Positions 39,142-48,530 of a stretch of DNA of 64,000 nucleotides are shown piece after piece. The stretch is from an uncultured Oscillospiraceae bacterium. Its GTDB lineage: Bacteria > Bacillota > Clostridia > Peptostreptococcales > Anaerovoracaceae. The notes below the pieces were generated by a model. That model worked only from the letters and a program-made list of their open reading frames with translations, was not told the origin of the DNA and ran no database searches. Position 1 is the stretch's first letter; each line of letters begins with the position of its first letter. Where the stretch lies: assembly GCA_964369465.1 (NCBI GenBank), contig CAYJEX010000003.1:21063-85062 (forward strand). Reading direction: 5' to 3'. Made by a program: the position numbers and the translations under genes.

Positions 39142-40335
39142 TTATCTTACCAATAGTTTTTTTATTCCATTATCAAGCCCTTGTAATGTAAGCGGATACA
39201 TATCAAATATTTTTCTAATTTCACTTATTGTATACGCCCCATACGCTCTTTCCCAATGTTCTTCAATAATTGGGTTCAGCCATATCTTTTTCTTGTATTT
39301 ACGCTCAAACTTAGCAAGCCATTCCATTCCTATTTCTTCATTATATAAGCCGATTACAGAATTTCCACCTTTTCTAAATAGTTCGGATGGAGCCATAGAT
39401 GCGTCCCCAACAAAAATTACTTTGTATTCACTATCTAAGTTGTTCAAAATCCATTTTGTGTCAATCCAGTCCCCTTTTTTGCAATATGGAGTTGTATATA
39501 ATTTGTCATATATACAGTTATGAAAATAATACACTTTCAAATCTTTAAAATGTGAAGACTTATTAACTGCTTGAAATAATGTGTTGCACAATCTACTAAA
39601 TCTAAGCATAGACCCATCTGAATCAATTAATAATAATAATTTAATTGTATTCTTTCTTGGCTTATCAAATACAATTTTTAAATTTCCTCCATTATTAGAA
39701 GTTTCTTTTATTGTGTTATCAATATCAAGTTCAGTTTTATCAGTATCTACTCTAGAAGAATATTGTTTTAGTTTTCTAAATGCCATTTGGAATTGCCTTA
39801 AGTCAAGGACATCATCTTCTCTAAAGTCCTTAAAATGCCTCTCTCCTGCGATTTGAACAGCTGACATATGTTTGCCTATGCCACCTACTCTTATCCCTTG
39901 ATTATTGTATCCACCATGCCCCATTTTTGATGTTCCACCAGTTCCAATCCAATAATTACCTCCATCATGTTTTTCTTTTTGTTCTTTTTTCCTTTCTTCA
40001 AACATTTTAAGAAGTTCTTCTAGTTCCATTTTAATTTCATTATGTGTTTTTTCTTCAAATTCATCTCTAGTACGAGTATCCTTATTTAACCATTCCCAAA
40101 ATTCCTTTGGCAAATCTTCTGGGATTTCTATACCATAAAAATATTCTGCAAAGACAGCGTCAAATTTATCATAATCTGATTCGTGGATAATTAATACACT
40201 TCTGCATAGATTATAAAATCCTAATAGTGACGAATTTGCACAATCTTTATCTAGTGCTTCAATAAGAATAATCCATTCATTTATTGACACCTTCAATCCT
40301 CTTGCCCTAAGCAAGTAAAAAAATTCTAAAAACAT
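39142..40335 (-). CDS. VWA domain protein, CoxE-like
   Basis: The N-terminal FLEFFYLLRARGLKVSINEWIILIEAL block is typical of VWA_CoxE. The C-terminal VWA core has LLLIDSDGSM (a MIDAS-like DxDxS). Confidence 0.8.
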   Translation of the reverse strand: MFLEFFYLLRARGLKVSINEWIILIEALDKDCANSSLLGFYNLCRSVLIIHESDYDKFDAVFAEYFYGIEIPEDLPKEFWEWLNKDTRTRDEFEEKTHNEIKMELEELLKMFEERKKEQKEKHDGGNYWIGTGGTSKMGHGGYNNQGIRVGGIGKHMSAVQIAGERHFKDFREDDVLDLRQFQMAFRKLKQYSSRVDTDKTELDIDNTIKETSNNGGNLKIVFDKPRKNTIKLLLLIDSDGSMLRFSRLCNTLFQAVNKSSHFKDLKVYYFHNCIYDKLYTTPYCKKGDWIDTKWILNNLDSEYKVIFVGDASMAPSELFRKGGNSVIGLYNEEIGMEWLAKFERKYKKKIWLNPIIEEHWERAYGAYTISEIRKIFDMYPLTLQGLDNGIKKLLVR

Positions 40336-40341
40336 TTTCTA

Positions 40342-41190
40342 TTACCATTTTCTTAAAGAATATCCTTTTTCATTTATATCATTCAAGATATCTAAGTCTT
40401 GATTTTTTTTAAGCAAAACTCCAACAAATGGAACTTGTTTTGATATGTTAGAAATATCTACACCACTAATCATTAACGCTTGTATCCAATCTAACAACTC
40501 AGATGTACTTGGTTTTTTTTGTATATCATCCATTTCCCTAATCTTATAAAAAGCTTCTAACGCACTATTACATAATTTTTCTTCTATATTTTCAAAGTGA
40601 ACATCGATTATTTCTCGCATTTTTTCTTTTGTAGGAAATTCAATATAATGAAATATGCATCTTCTTAAAAATGCATCCGGGAGTTCTTTTTCTGCATTTG
40701 ATGTAATAATTACAATAGGCCTATGTTTCGTTTTAATTGTTTCTTTAGTTTCATTAATATAAAACTCCATCTTATCAAGTTCCCACAAAAGATCGTTTGG
40801 GAATTCTAAATCAGCTTTATCAATTTCATCAATCAACAAAACAACCTGTTCTTCCGATGTAAAAGCCTCTCCGAGTTTTCCTAATTTTATATATTGCTTT
40901 ATATCCGCTACATTTCCCTCACCAAATTGGCTATCATATAGTCTTTGAACTGTATCATATACATACATTCCCTCATATGCTTTTGTAGTTGATTTAATAC
41001 CCCAAATAATTAATTTTTTGTTTAATGCTTCTGCAATAGCTTCTGCTAGCATAGTCTTACCTGTTCCAGGCTCTCCTTTTATTAATAATGGTTTTTGAAG
41101 CATTATCGATACGTTTACAGATGCCTTTAATGCTTCTGTTACTACATATTTATCACTACCACTAAAACGTTCCATTTTATTTTTTCCCAT
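40342..41190 (-). CDS. MoxR-class AAA+ ATPase, CoxD-like
   Basis: Walker A is GEPGTGKT and Walker B is VLLIDEIDKA. It also has a sensor region, RRC and a short C-terminal helical domain. Its stop lies 4 nt before the VWA gene's start codon. Confidence 0.85.
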   Translation of the reverse strand: MGKNKMERFSGSDKYVVTEALKASVNVSIMLQKPLLIKGEPGTGKTMLAEAIAEALNKKLIIWGIKSTTKAYEGMYVYDTVQRLYDSQFGEGNVADIKQYIKLGKLGEAFTSEEQVVLLIDEIDKADLEFPNDLLWELDKMEFYINETKETIKTKHRPIVIITSNAEKELPDAFLRRCIFHYIEFPTKEKMREIIDVHFENIEEKLCNSALEAFYKIREMDDIQKKPSTSELLDWIQALMISGVDISNISKQVPFVGVLLKKNQDLDILNDINEKGYSLRKW

Positions 41191-41223
41191 GTTTTCTCCT
41201 AAATCATATAATATATTCTAAAA

Positions 41224-41817
41224 TTAAATATTGATGAAAAACTGAACTAGTATCGGAACTGCTGTAGATAAAACAACTCCAACTACAAAAGAATATACAG
41301 CAATATTTGGGCTAGTACTTTTTTCAATTATTGGCAATGCAACATCCATTGCTGCGGCACCTGGTAAAGCAGTAGTTTCTACATGCCCTATTTTTTTTGC
41401 TACAATTGGCACTAAAATTATTCCTAACACTTCTCTAATAACATTATGCATAAATGAGATTGCACCTAATTCTTCTGAAACTGACGCAATCATTATTGGT
41501 GCCATTGTATACCATCCAAATCCCGATGCAACCATTAGCGATTCCTTTAATGTTATACTAATAAACAATGACGAAATTGCTACTCCTATTAGCGTACCAA
41601 TTATTATCACAAAAGGAAAAACCAAAACTCTAATTCCAACTTTTTTAAAATTTGGTACAACTGTGCCTTCAATTCCTAATTCAATTCCTACAAGAAGCAG
41701 CATTATTGAAAGCCCAATAACCAAAATTGTCTCTGAAATAACAACAAAGCTTTCCGGAATAAAAAAGTATCCCATAAGAATTCCCAAAGCAACTGATATT
41801 ATTATATTTTTAGTCAT
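41224..41817 (-). CDS. LysO-family (DUF340) membrane protein, large subunit
   Basis: A polytopic membrane protein of about 197 aa that overlaps the upstream small DUF340-like ORF by 8 nt. This is the usual two-gene arrangement. Confidence 0.7.
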   Translation of the reverse strand: MTKNIIISVALGILMGYFFIPESFVVISETILVIGLSIMLLLVGIELGIEGTVVPNFKKVGIRVLVFPFVIIIGTLIGVAISSLFISITLKESLMVASGFGWYTMAPIMIASVSEELGAISFMHNVIREVLGIILVPIVAKKIGHVETTALPGAAAMDVALPIIEKSTSPNIAVYSFVVGVVLSTAVPILVQFFINI

Positions 41818-42115
41818 TTGCTTTCTCTCCTTTTTTATTTATTCCTAATATTTTTCTTGTAAAATATACAAAAATTAAACTTCCAACAAGTGCAAATACT
41901 GCCGTTATTAAACCTGTGATACCTATCGTTCCTAATCCGTTTATAACATCATCGTTCGCACCTAATCGAATTCCCATAATTAACAGCAATAAAATTATAA
42001 TAACTCCTTGTACAGGAGAAATCCACTTGATTCTTTTTCCACCTTTTCTTCTTATTAACATTCCAATAATATATCCTATGAAAACAACCGTTAAATACCA
42101 AACAAGTAAAAGCAT
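41810..42115 (-). CDS. LysO-family (DUF340) membrane protein, small subunit
   Basis: 101 aa with three TM helices. Coupled to the downstream gene. Confidence 0.6.
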   Translation of the reverse strand: MLLLVWYLTVVFIGYIIGMLIRRKGGKRIKWISPVQGVIIILLLLIMGIRLGANDDVINGLGTIGITGLITAVFALVGSLIFVYFTRKILGINKKGEKAND

Positions 42116-42149
42116 TTTTCCTCCTAAAATTCACACAAAATAACCGATA

Positions 42150-43529
42150 TTAATATTTATTCTCTTGAAGATGTTTAACTCTTCTATCTAATATTTTGTT
42201 TATTTTTATTTTAAATGTAATATATGTAATTGTTGCAGCCAAAATATCTGCAACAGGTTCTGCTAAAAAAACAGCAAACACTTTATCAGAGATAAACAAT
42301 GGAAATATAAGAGCAAAAGGAATAAGTAAAAATATTTTTCTTGTCATTGCCAAAAGTAATGACACCTTTGCTTGGCCAAGTGCAACAAATGTTTGCTGAC
42401 ATGAAAATTGTATTCCTAATGCAAATGTCCCTGCCATAAATATCCGAATTGCCCAAACGCACATTTCCATTAATTCTTTTTCATCTGAAAAAAGTTTGAT
42501 GAAAAACTCAGGAAAAATCATTATTGTAAGCCACAAAACAATTGTATATGTCACTGCAGCTCTGAATATATATTTAAATGCCTTTTTAATTCTGTCAATG
42601 TTTCCTGCACCAAAATTATAGCTAATTATAGGTTGCCCTGCAATTGTAATTCCAAATATTGGCATAGTCATAAATTGCATTACGCTTCCAATTATTGTCA
42701 TAACTGCTACTGCACTATCTCCTCCATATGCTTGTAAAGAAGTATTTAATACTAACATAACTAAGCTTTCAGTACTTTGCATTACAAAAGGTGCTAATCC
42801 TAAAGAAATAATTGATATAAATATATATTTTTTTATTTTCATATTTTTATATATAATTTTAACTTTACTTCTTTTTGATAGCAAGAATAACAAAGCCCAT
42901 GTAGCTGATATACATTGTGAAATTAAAGTTGCTAGTGCAGCTCCTTGAACACCCATATCAAGAAGAAAAATAAAGATGGGATCTAAAATAATATTTAATA
43001 CACCACCTATTATAACTGTTATCATCGCCGTTTTTGCAAAACCTTGTGATGAAATATATGGGTTTAATCCTAAAGTGATTTGTACAAATATTGTTCCTAA
43101 TAAGTATATATCTAAATATTCTGTTCCATAGTGTACAGTAATGTTTGAAGCACCAAATAATAACAGGAATTGTTCTCCGAAAATAAGAAAGATTACTGTA
43201 AGGGAAGTTGACATAATAATTATTATCGCAAACGCATTTCCAAGTATTCTTTCTGCTTCGTTATAGTTTCCTTCTCCCATTTTTATTGCCATCCTAGGTG
43301 CTCCTCCCGCACCTATAAGTGCAGCAAATGCAGAGATGAGCATAATAATTGGAAATGTTACTCCAACTCCTGTTAAAGCGACTTCTCCAACTTCTGGAAT
43401 TCTTGCAATGAATATTCTATCCACAATATTATATAACGCATTTATCATTTGCGCTGTAATTGAAGGAAGTGCCAATCTTATCAGCAACCATTTTACATTA
43501 TCCTTCCCAAGATCGATTTTTTTTGACAC
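42150..43529 (-). CDS. MATE family efflux transporter
   Basis: 12-TM protein with the N-terminal LALPSITAQMINALYNIVDRIFI motif. Confidence 0.9.
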   Translation of the reverse strand: MSKKIDLGKDNVKWLLIRLALPSITAQMINALYNIVDRIFIARIPEVGEVALTGVGVTFPIIMLISAFAALIGAGGAPRMAIKMGEGNYNEAERILGNAFAIIIIMSTSLTVIFLIFGEQFLLLFGASNITVHYGTEYLDIYLLGTIFVQITLGLNPYISSQGFAKTAMITVIIGGVLNIILDPIFIFLLDMGVQGAALATLISQCISATWALLFLLSKRSKVKIIYKNMKIKKYIFISIISLGLAPFVMQSTESLVMLVLNTSLQAYGGDSAVAVMTIIGSVMQFMTMPIFGITIAGQPIISYNFGAGNIDRIKKAFKYIFRAAVTYTIVLWLTIMIFPEFFIKLFSDEKELMEMCVWAIRIFMAGTFALGIQFSCQQTFVALGQAKVSLLLAMTRKIFLLIPFALIFPLFISDKVFAVFLAEPVADILAATITYITFKIKINKILDRRVKHLQENKY

Positions 43530-43572
43530 TCTTCCCCCTATGTTTTCTAATCTTCATCTGTTCTTTTTCATG

Positions 43573-43606
43573 AAATCAGGAATGCTATTACACGCATTCC
43601 TGATTT
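43573..43606 (-). terminator. hairpin after 4hbD (probable terminator)
   Basis: The 13-bp perfect stem is aaatcaggaatgc (43573-43585) with gcattcctgattt (43594-43606). The U-tract on the minus strand is poor. Confidence 0.5.
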
Positions 43607-43639
43607 ATTGTTGAATATTTTTTGTTTGTATTCATTAAA

Positions 43640-44764
43640 TTAGTATAGGTTTGCAAAAATTTCTCTAATTTCCGAATCCTCTAAAAATACATAGTTATTC
43701 CCTAAAAGTCTTTGTTGATTATCCACTGTTGATTTAGTGAATTCATCGATTTGTGCTTCTGTCATTCCATATTCACTCAATTTTTTCTTTGATAGAATTT
43801 GATTCAAGAAATTTTCGAGTTCATCATAAACAACATCTTCTGAGCACCCTAGAATGTCAGAGAATATTTTATTTGCTTGTACTATTTTACCATTAGGGTT
43901 CTTTCTCATATACATTTTAAATACTTCAGTAAAGAATGCGTAATTTGCTTCTCCGTGAGCAACATGGAAAGCTCCGCCTATTGAATATGATAAAGCATGA
44001 ACTGCAGCACAACCAGCGTTTCCAAATGCAATACCTGCATAGCAAGATGCTAATGCAAAATCATTTAAATATGGTGCTCTATTATCTTTTGTATTTCCAC
44101 CAGCAGCTATTATTTTTTTATATCCATCCATAATTATTTCGATTGCTTTTAACGAATACATTTCTGTAAATGGAGTTGCTTTAGGAGATAAAAATGATTC
44201 TATAGCATGTATCAAGGCATCTATTGAACTTGTTGAGAAGACATAGTCTGGAAGTCCTGCTAATGATTCTGGGATTAGAACAGCTATATCAGCATACGTT
44301 GCATCAACTGCCAAGCCTTTTTTTACTTTATCTTCAACTAATTCTGCAATTGTAACATTAGTTACTTCAGAACCTGTTCCGCATGTAGTTGGAACTACAA
44401 TTAGATTTTTTATTTTCTTTGCCTTTGTTGGATCTCTAAATAATTCAATCGATTTCGATGGAACATCTAAAGCAAGTACTTTACAAATATCTACAATTGT
44501 ACCACCACCAAATGCAACTATTCTTTCAAATTCATATTTATCCATTTCAATTTTCATCTTGTCAATCATTTGATCTGATGGCTCGCCTTTACCAAAGTTT
44601 TCTTGATAAATCACAGGAATATCTATTCCTAATGGTTTTACATATGGATCATACATCCACTGGTTAGTTACAAGAATATCTCCCTTACCTAATTTGAACT
44701 CTTCATTAAAATCTTTGAATGTTTCAAAATGAAATATTTTAGGTACTACTCTAAGTGCTTGCAT
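43640..44764 (-). CDS. 4hbD: 4-hydroxybutyrate dehydrogenase (iron-containing alcohol dehydrogenase family)
   Basis: From memory it is colinear along its full length with C. kluyveri 4HbD: GKGEPSD, VVPTTCGTGSEVTN, NAGCAAVHALSY.IGG..HV.HGEANY.FFTEVFK.Y..KNPNGKI, QQRLL.NNY. The RBS is GAAGGGAG. Confidence 0.9.
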   Translation of the reverse strand: MQALRVVPKIFHFETFKDFNEEFKLGKGDILVTNQWMYDPYVKPLGIDIPVIYQENFGKGEPSDQMIDKMKIEMDKYEFERIVAFGGGTIVDICKVLALDVPSKSIELFRDPTKAKKIKNLIVVPTTCGTGSEVTNVTIAELVEDKVKKGLAVDATYADIAVLIPESLAGLPDYVFSTSSIDALIHAIESFLSPKATPFTEMYSLKAIEIIMDGYKKIIAAGGNTKDNRAPYLNDFALASCYAGIAFGNAGCAAVHALSYSIGGAFHVAHGEANYAFFTEVFKMYMRKNPNGKIVQANKIFSDILGCSEDVVYDELENFLNQILSKKKLSEYGMTEAQIDEFTKSTVDNQQRLLGNNYVFLEDSEIREIFANLY

Positions 44765-44875
44765 AATTTTTCTCCCTTCAAATTTTTATTTTTGACTGTT
44801 TAAACATATTTTCAGTCAAAAATCATAAGTAAATATATTTTTATTTTTCTATTAAAACAAAGAATCAATCATTAT

Positions 44876-46192
44876 CTAAAATTCTGCATTGAAACGTTTT
44901 TTGAATTCTTCTTTAAGCCCTTCCCTAAAATCAGGATGTGCTATATTTATTAATCCTCTAGCTCTGTCTTTTAATGTCACACCCCTCATTCTTGCTATGC
45001 CATACTCCGTAACAATATAATCTGAATCACATCGAGATGTAGTAACAGCAGCACCATGTGCAATAAAAGGAACTATTTTTGAAACTTTCGAACCATCTTT
45101 TAATGTTGCAGAAGATGGCATAGCAATAATTGCAACTCCTTCTCCATCTTTTGACATAGCTACACCTCTAACGAAATCAACTTGTCCACCAACGCCTGAA
45201 AATTGTCTTGTCCCAATACTATCTGACACAATTTGCCCCATAAAATCCACTTCTAAACAAGCATTAATCGAAACCATTTTGCTATTCTCTGCAATTACCA
45301 TAGGGTGGTTAACATAATCAACAGGATGCAATTCTACAAAATCATTGTCTCTAGCAAAATCATATAGTCTTTTTGTCCCCATCAAAAATGTAACAATCAT
45401 TTTATTAGGATGTAATGCTTTTTTTGTATTATTAATTACACCTTTTTCATACAAATCTACAACCCCATCTGAAATCATTTCAGAGTGTATTCCTAAATCT
45501 TTTTTATCGCCCAGTTGTGCAAGAACTGCATCAGGAATTGCTCCAATTCCTAATTGAAGTGTTGCTCCATCTGGAACTAATGTCGCACAATTTTTACCTA
45601 TCGCAGTTTCAACTTCTCCAATTTTAGGCAAAGGAATTTCTGGTAATGGTCTGTTTGATTCTACAATTTTAGTCATTTCTGAAACGTGAATCTTAGTTTC
45701 TCCTACAGTAAATGGTACTTGATCATTTACTTGTACCAAAACTTTTTTTGCAGATTTAACACCTTGCATACTATAATCGCACGAAACTCCAATAGAGCAA
45801 AACCCTTCTTCATTTGGGGAAGAAACCATAACCATCATTATATCTACTGGAAAAATATTTCTTTTCATATTAATAGGAACTTCATGAAAGAAAATAGGAA
45901 CAAATTCTCCATGTCCTTGTTCTATAGACTTTCTTGTACTTCCGCTACAAAACCATCCTTCAAATCTAAAGTTATCTTTATACTCAGGTTTAGAATATTC
46001 TCCTTTTCCTAATGTTACCATATGCGAAACAGTAACATTATTATATGCTGAAGCATTTTCAACCATAGCATCCACTAATGCATCTGGCTCTGCTACAGCA
46101 TGAGCAAATACCACTCTATCCCCTGATTTAATTTCTTGTACAGCTTCTGCAGGTGTACATAATTTTTCTTGGTATATTTTTTTCCAATCCAA
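44876..46192 (-). CDS. cat2: 4-hydroxybutyrate CoA-transferase
   Basis: Colinear with Cat2/AbfT: DWKKIYQEKL, VVFAHAV.EP, LQLGIGAIPDAVL, GIHSEMISDGV, SGVGGQVDF.RG, INIAHP.FRE.L. It starts at TTG: position 46192 lies 8 nt after AGGAGG, and 46198 is the alternative. Confidence 0.9.
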   Translation of the reverse strand: MDWKKIYQEKLCTPAEAVQEIKSGDRVVFAHAVAEPDALVDAMVENASAYNNVTVSHMVTLGKGEYSKPEYKDNFRFEGWFCSGSTRKSIEQGHGEFVPIFFHEVPINMKRNIFPVDIMMVMVSSPNEEGFCSIGVSCDYSMQGVKSAKKVLVQVNDQVPFTVGETKIHVSEMTKIVESNRPLPEIPLPKIGEVETAIGKNCATLVPDGATLQLGIGAIPDAVLAQLGDKKDLGIHSEMISDGVVDLYEKGVINNTKKALHPNKMIVTFLMGTKRLYDFARDNDFVELHPVDYVNHPMVIAENSKMVSINACLEVDFMGQIVSDSIGTRQFSGVGGQVDFVRGVAMSKDGEGVAIIAMPSSATLKDGSKVSKIVPFIAHGAAVTTSRCDSDYIVTEYGIARMRGVTLKDRARGLINIAHPDFREGLKEEFKKRFNAEF

Positions 46193-46194
46193 CT

Positions 46195-46458
46195 TCAAAT
46201 CCTCCTATTTATTTCTCTTATCAGATTATCAACTTGTTCTTCATTATATATTTTATATATAATTCCAGCAACATTATACTGTTCATAAGAAGCACAATTA
46301 TTTGAACATCCACCTATAACTAATAAATGGTCGTATTTCATTTCTTCTTTTACATATTCGAAAGATACATTCTTACATTTTTCTTTGATGTATTCCAATA
46401 TTTTTTTTCTATTATATCTAGGATTACAACCACCACAAAATTTTATTCCAACATTCAT
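46195..46458 (-). CDS. small Cys-rich protein of unknown function (87 aa)
   Basis: It lies in the abfD to cat2 gap, contains the motifs FCGGCNPRY and GGCSNNC, and has five Cys in total. Its last codons carry the cat2 RBS and its TGA overlaps the first candidate cat2 TTG. Its own RBS is weak. Confidence 0.6.
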   Translation of the reverse strand: MNVGIKFCGGCNPRYNRKKILEYIKEKCKNVSFEYVKEEMKYDHLLVIGGCSNNCASYEQYNVAGIIYKIYNEEQVDNLIREINRRI

Positions 46459-46524
46459 AATATCATCTCAAACACATTAATTTAAATATAGCCGCCAAGC
46501 TATACTTAGCGGCCTTTAGATAGA

Positions 46525-48000
46525 CTAATTTTTTATTCCAGCAATAGCCTTAGCCAACTCTTTTTTAGCTGATATGTTTCCTTGGCGCGAAATCATTATT
46601 CTTTGAGCTTGAGGCGAGCCTGCTCCATGCATTGACTCTGTTCTATACCCAACAGCTGACGCACCCAAACATATATTTTCTAAGAATCTTAATATTCTCA
46701 TTCTATCTTCAGTTGTACATGACGGTGATGCTGCAAAGAATTTATTGCATATGTCTCCTACAGTTTCTCCATTTTTGCCAACTACTAAATCCGATTTAAA
46801 ATCAGATTCAGCTGGCATTGTAACCATTAATCCACCGGCAATATCTTCAGCCAATCTTACTATTTCATAAGGGAATCTTGTAACATTTTGTTTACATACA
46901 TTTGCCAATAGTAAGTCAATTTGGAAGTTTCCTGCTGCAGTTGGATATCCTTCTGCTGAGCATGCAATACCGCAACAATATAAAGTTTCATTTAAATGAG
47001 TCATTTCAATAAGTTTATCTTTAATATGAGATGCTTTATGCGCTCCATTATAATCTGCTGCAAGTGCTGCTGCACCAATAATTACATCTCCTACACCAAC
47101 TTTACATCCACCATATGATTGTCTGTGATAGCCTGCAAATCTTTCAACCATCATTCCTGCAAATTCATATTCCCCACACAAGAAAATCATATCATTAGGA
47201 ATAAATACATTATCAAATACTACAAGTGCTTCTTGTCCGCCAAACTGTTTGTTTCCTAAATCAACATCAGCACCTTCTTCTAATTTTCTTGTATCGCATG
47301 ATTGTCTGCCATATATCATAAATATACCTTCAGCATCTGATGGGCATGCAAACGAAACAGCATAATCTTTATCTTCTTCTCCCATAGCCATTGTAGGCAT
47401 GATAATATGGTCATGCGAATTAATTGAACCTGTTTGATGAGCTTTAGCTCCTCTAACAATAATTCCATCATCTCTTCTTTCAACAATTCTCAAAAATAAA
47501 TCTGGATCAGCTTGCTTAGAAGGTGATAATCCTCTATCTCCTTTAGGATCTGTCATAGCACCATCAACTGTCAAGTCATTTTCTTGAACATATTTTAAAT
47601 ATTTATTAAAATTTTCATGATATTTAGTTCCATATTTTTGGTCAATTTCATATGTTGTTGAAAACACAGCATTGAACGCATCCATACCAACGCATCTTTG
47701 AAAACACGATGCTGTTTTTTGTCCTAGTAATCTTTGCATTTTTACTTTTTTTCTTAAATCATCTGTACTCTGGTGAAGATGGGCAAACCTATTTACTGTT
47801 TCTCCTGTCAAAGAAGACTTCGCAGTCATAAGATCCGAATATTCTGGATCATGTGCTAAATCATAAGTTATAGCAACACAATTTATTGAAGGTTTGATTA
47901 TTGGATGATCTACCCAATTTTCGATTTCCTCTCCAAACATGTACACTCTTGTTTTAAGTTTTCTTAAACTTTCAATATACTCTTTTCCTGTCATCAACAT
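46525..48000 (-). CDS. abfD: 4-hydroxybutyryl-CoA dehydratase / vinylacetyl-CoA delta-isomerase
   Basis: Near-identical blocks to C. aminobutyricum AbfD as I recall it: MLMT..YIESLRKL.TRVYMFGE, KMQRLLGQKTASCFQRCVGMDAFNAV, FAGYHRQSYGGCKVG, HGAGSPQAQRIMI. The ATG at 48000 follows AAGGAGAG. Confidence 0.95.
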   Translation of the reverse strand: MLMTGKEYIESLRKLKTRVYMFGEEIENWVDHPIIKPSINCVAITYDLAHDPEYSDLMTAKSSLTGETVNRFAHLHQSTDDLRKKVKMQRLLGQKTASCFQRCVGMDAFNAVFSTTYEIDQKYGTKYHENFNKYLKYVQENDLTVDGAMTDPKGDRGLSPSKQADPDLFLRIVERRDDGIIVRGAKAHQTGSINSHDHIIMPTMAMGEEDKDYAVSFACPSDAEGIFMIYGRQSCDTRKLEEGADVDLGNKQFGGQEALVVFDNVFIPNDMIFLCGEYEFAGMMVERFAGYHRQSYGGCKVGVGDVIIGAAALAADYNGAHKASHIKDKLIEMTHLNETLYCCGIACSAEGYPTAAGNFQIDLLLANVCKQNVTRFPYEIVRLAEDIAGGLMVTMPAESDFKSDLVVGKNGETVGDICNKFFAASPSCTTEDRMRILRFLENICLGASAVGYRTESMHGAGSPQAQRIMISRQGNISAKKELAKAIAGIKN

Positions 48001-48079
48001 GATCTTCTCTCCTTTTCTATATACATTGACTATATAATATATAATTAAGACTTTCCTAAAGCCCTTTTTTCTATATATA

Positions 48080-48109
48080 ATTATATCATAAATTTGACAA
48101 ATATTGCAA
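48080..48109 (-). promoter_or_regulatory. candidate promoter for abfD
   Basis: On the minus strand TTGCAA (48109-48104) is followed by 18 nt and TATAAT (48085-48080). Confidence 0.5.
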
Positions 48110-48152
48110 ACTTTAGACACAATTTAATTTGTTTTTTCATAAATTATTTCTT

Positions 48153-48183
48153 AATAAAAAATCTACTTACTTAGAAGCAGATT
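48153..48183 (-). terminator. terminator-like hairpin directly after the NifU-like gene
   Basis: The minus-strand RNA AAUCUGCUU-loop-AAGUAGAUU forms 9 bp including a G-U pair, which would be an A-C mismatch on the plus strand. It is followed by UUUUUUAUU. Confidence 0.55.
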
Positions 48184-48459
48184 CTAGATTTTTAAAATTT
48201 TTTTTGCCATATCAAGCAGATCTTCACTAACACTATTGTCTAGTTTTACATCTTTGATATCTGGCAATTCTTTCATAAGAATTGCTTTAACAATATCTTC
48301 CATAGTTCCTTGCGCAGAAGGGCAAGTTGCACATGCACCTACTAATTTAACCCAAGCAATTCCATCTTCATATTCTGTCAATACTGCTCCTCCATGATGT
48401 TGTTCAAGCACTGGGTCGACTTTTTCTTTTAATACTTTGTTTATCTTTTCTTTTTCCAT
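48184..48459 (-). CDS. NifU-like (Nfu-type) Fe-S cluster carrier domain protein
   Basis: 91 aa with HGG...L.....VKLVGACATCPSAQGT, the Nfu CxxC motif. Confidence 0.85.
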   Translation of the reverse strand: MEKEKINKVLKEKVDPVLEQHHGGAVLTEYEDGIAWVKLVGACATCPSAQGTMEDIVKAILMKELPDIKDVKLDNSVSEDLLDMAKKILKI

Positions 48460-48530
48460 TTCTTCCCCTATCTTTGTTAAATTTACGATTTTATTTTATC
48501 ATAACTCAAGTTAACAAAACAACAATTGTA

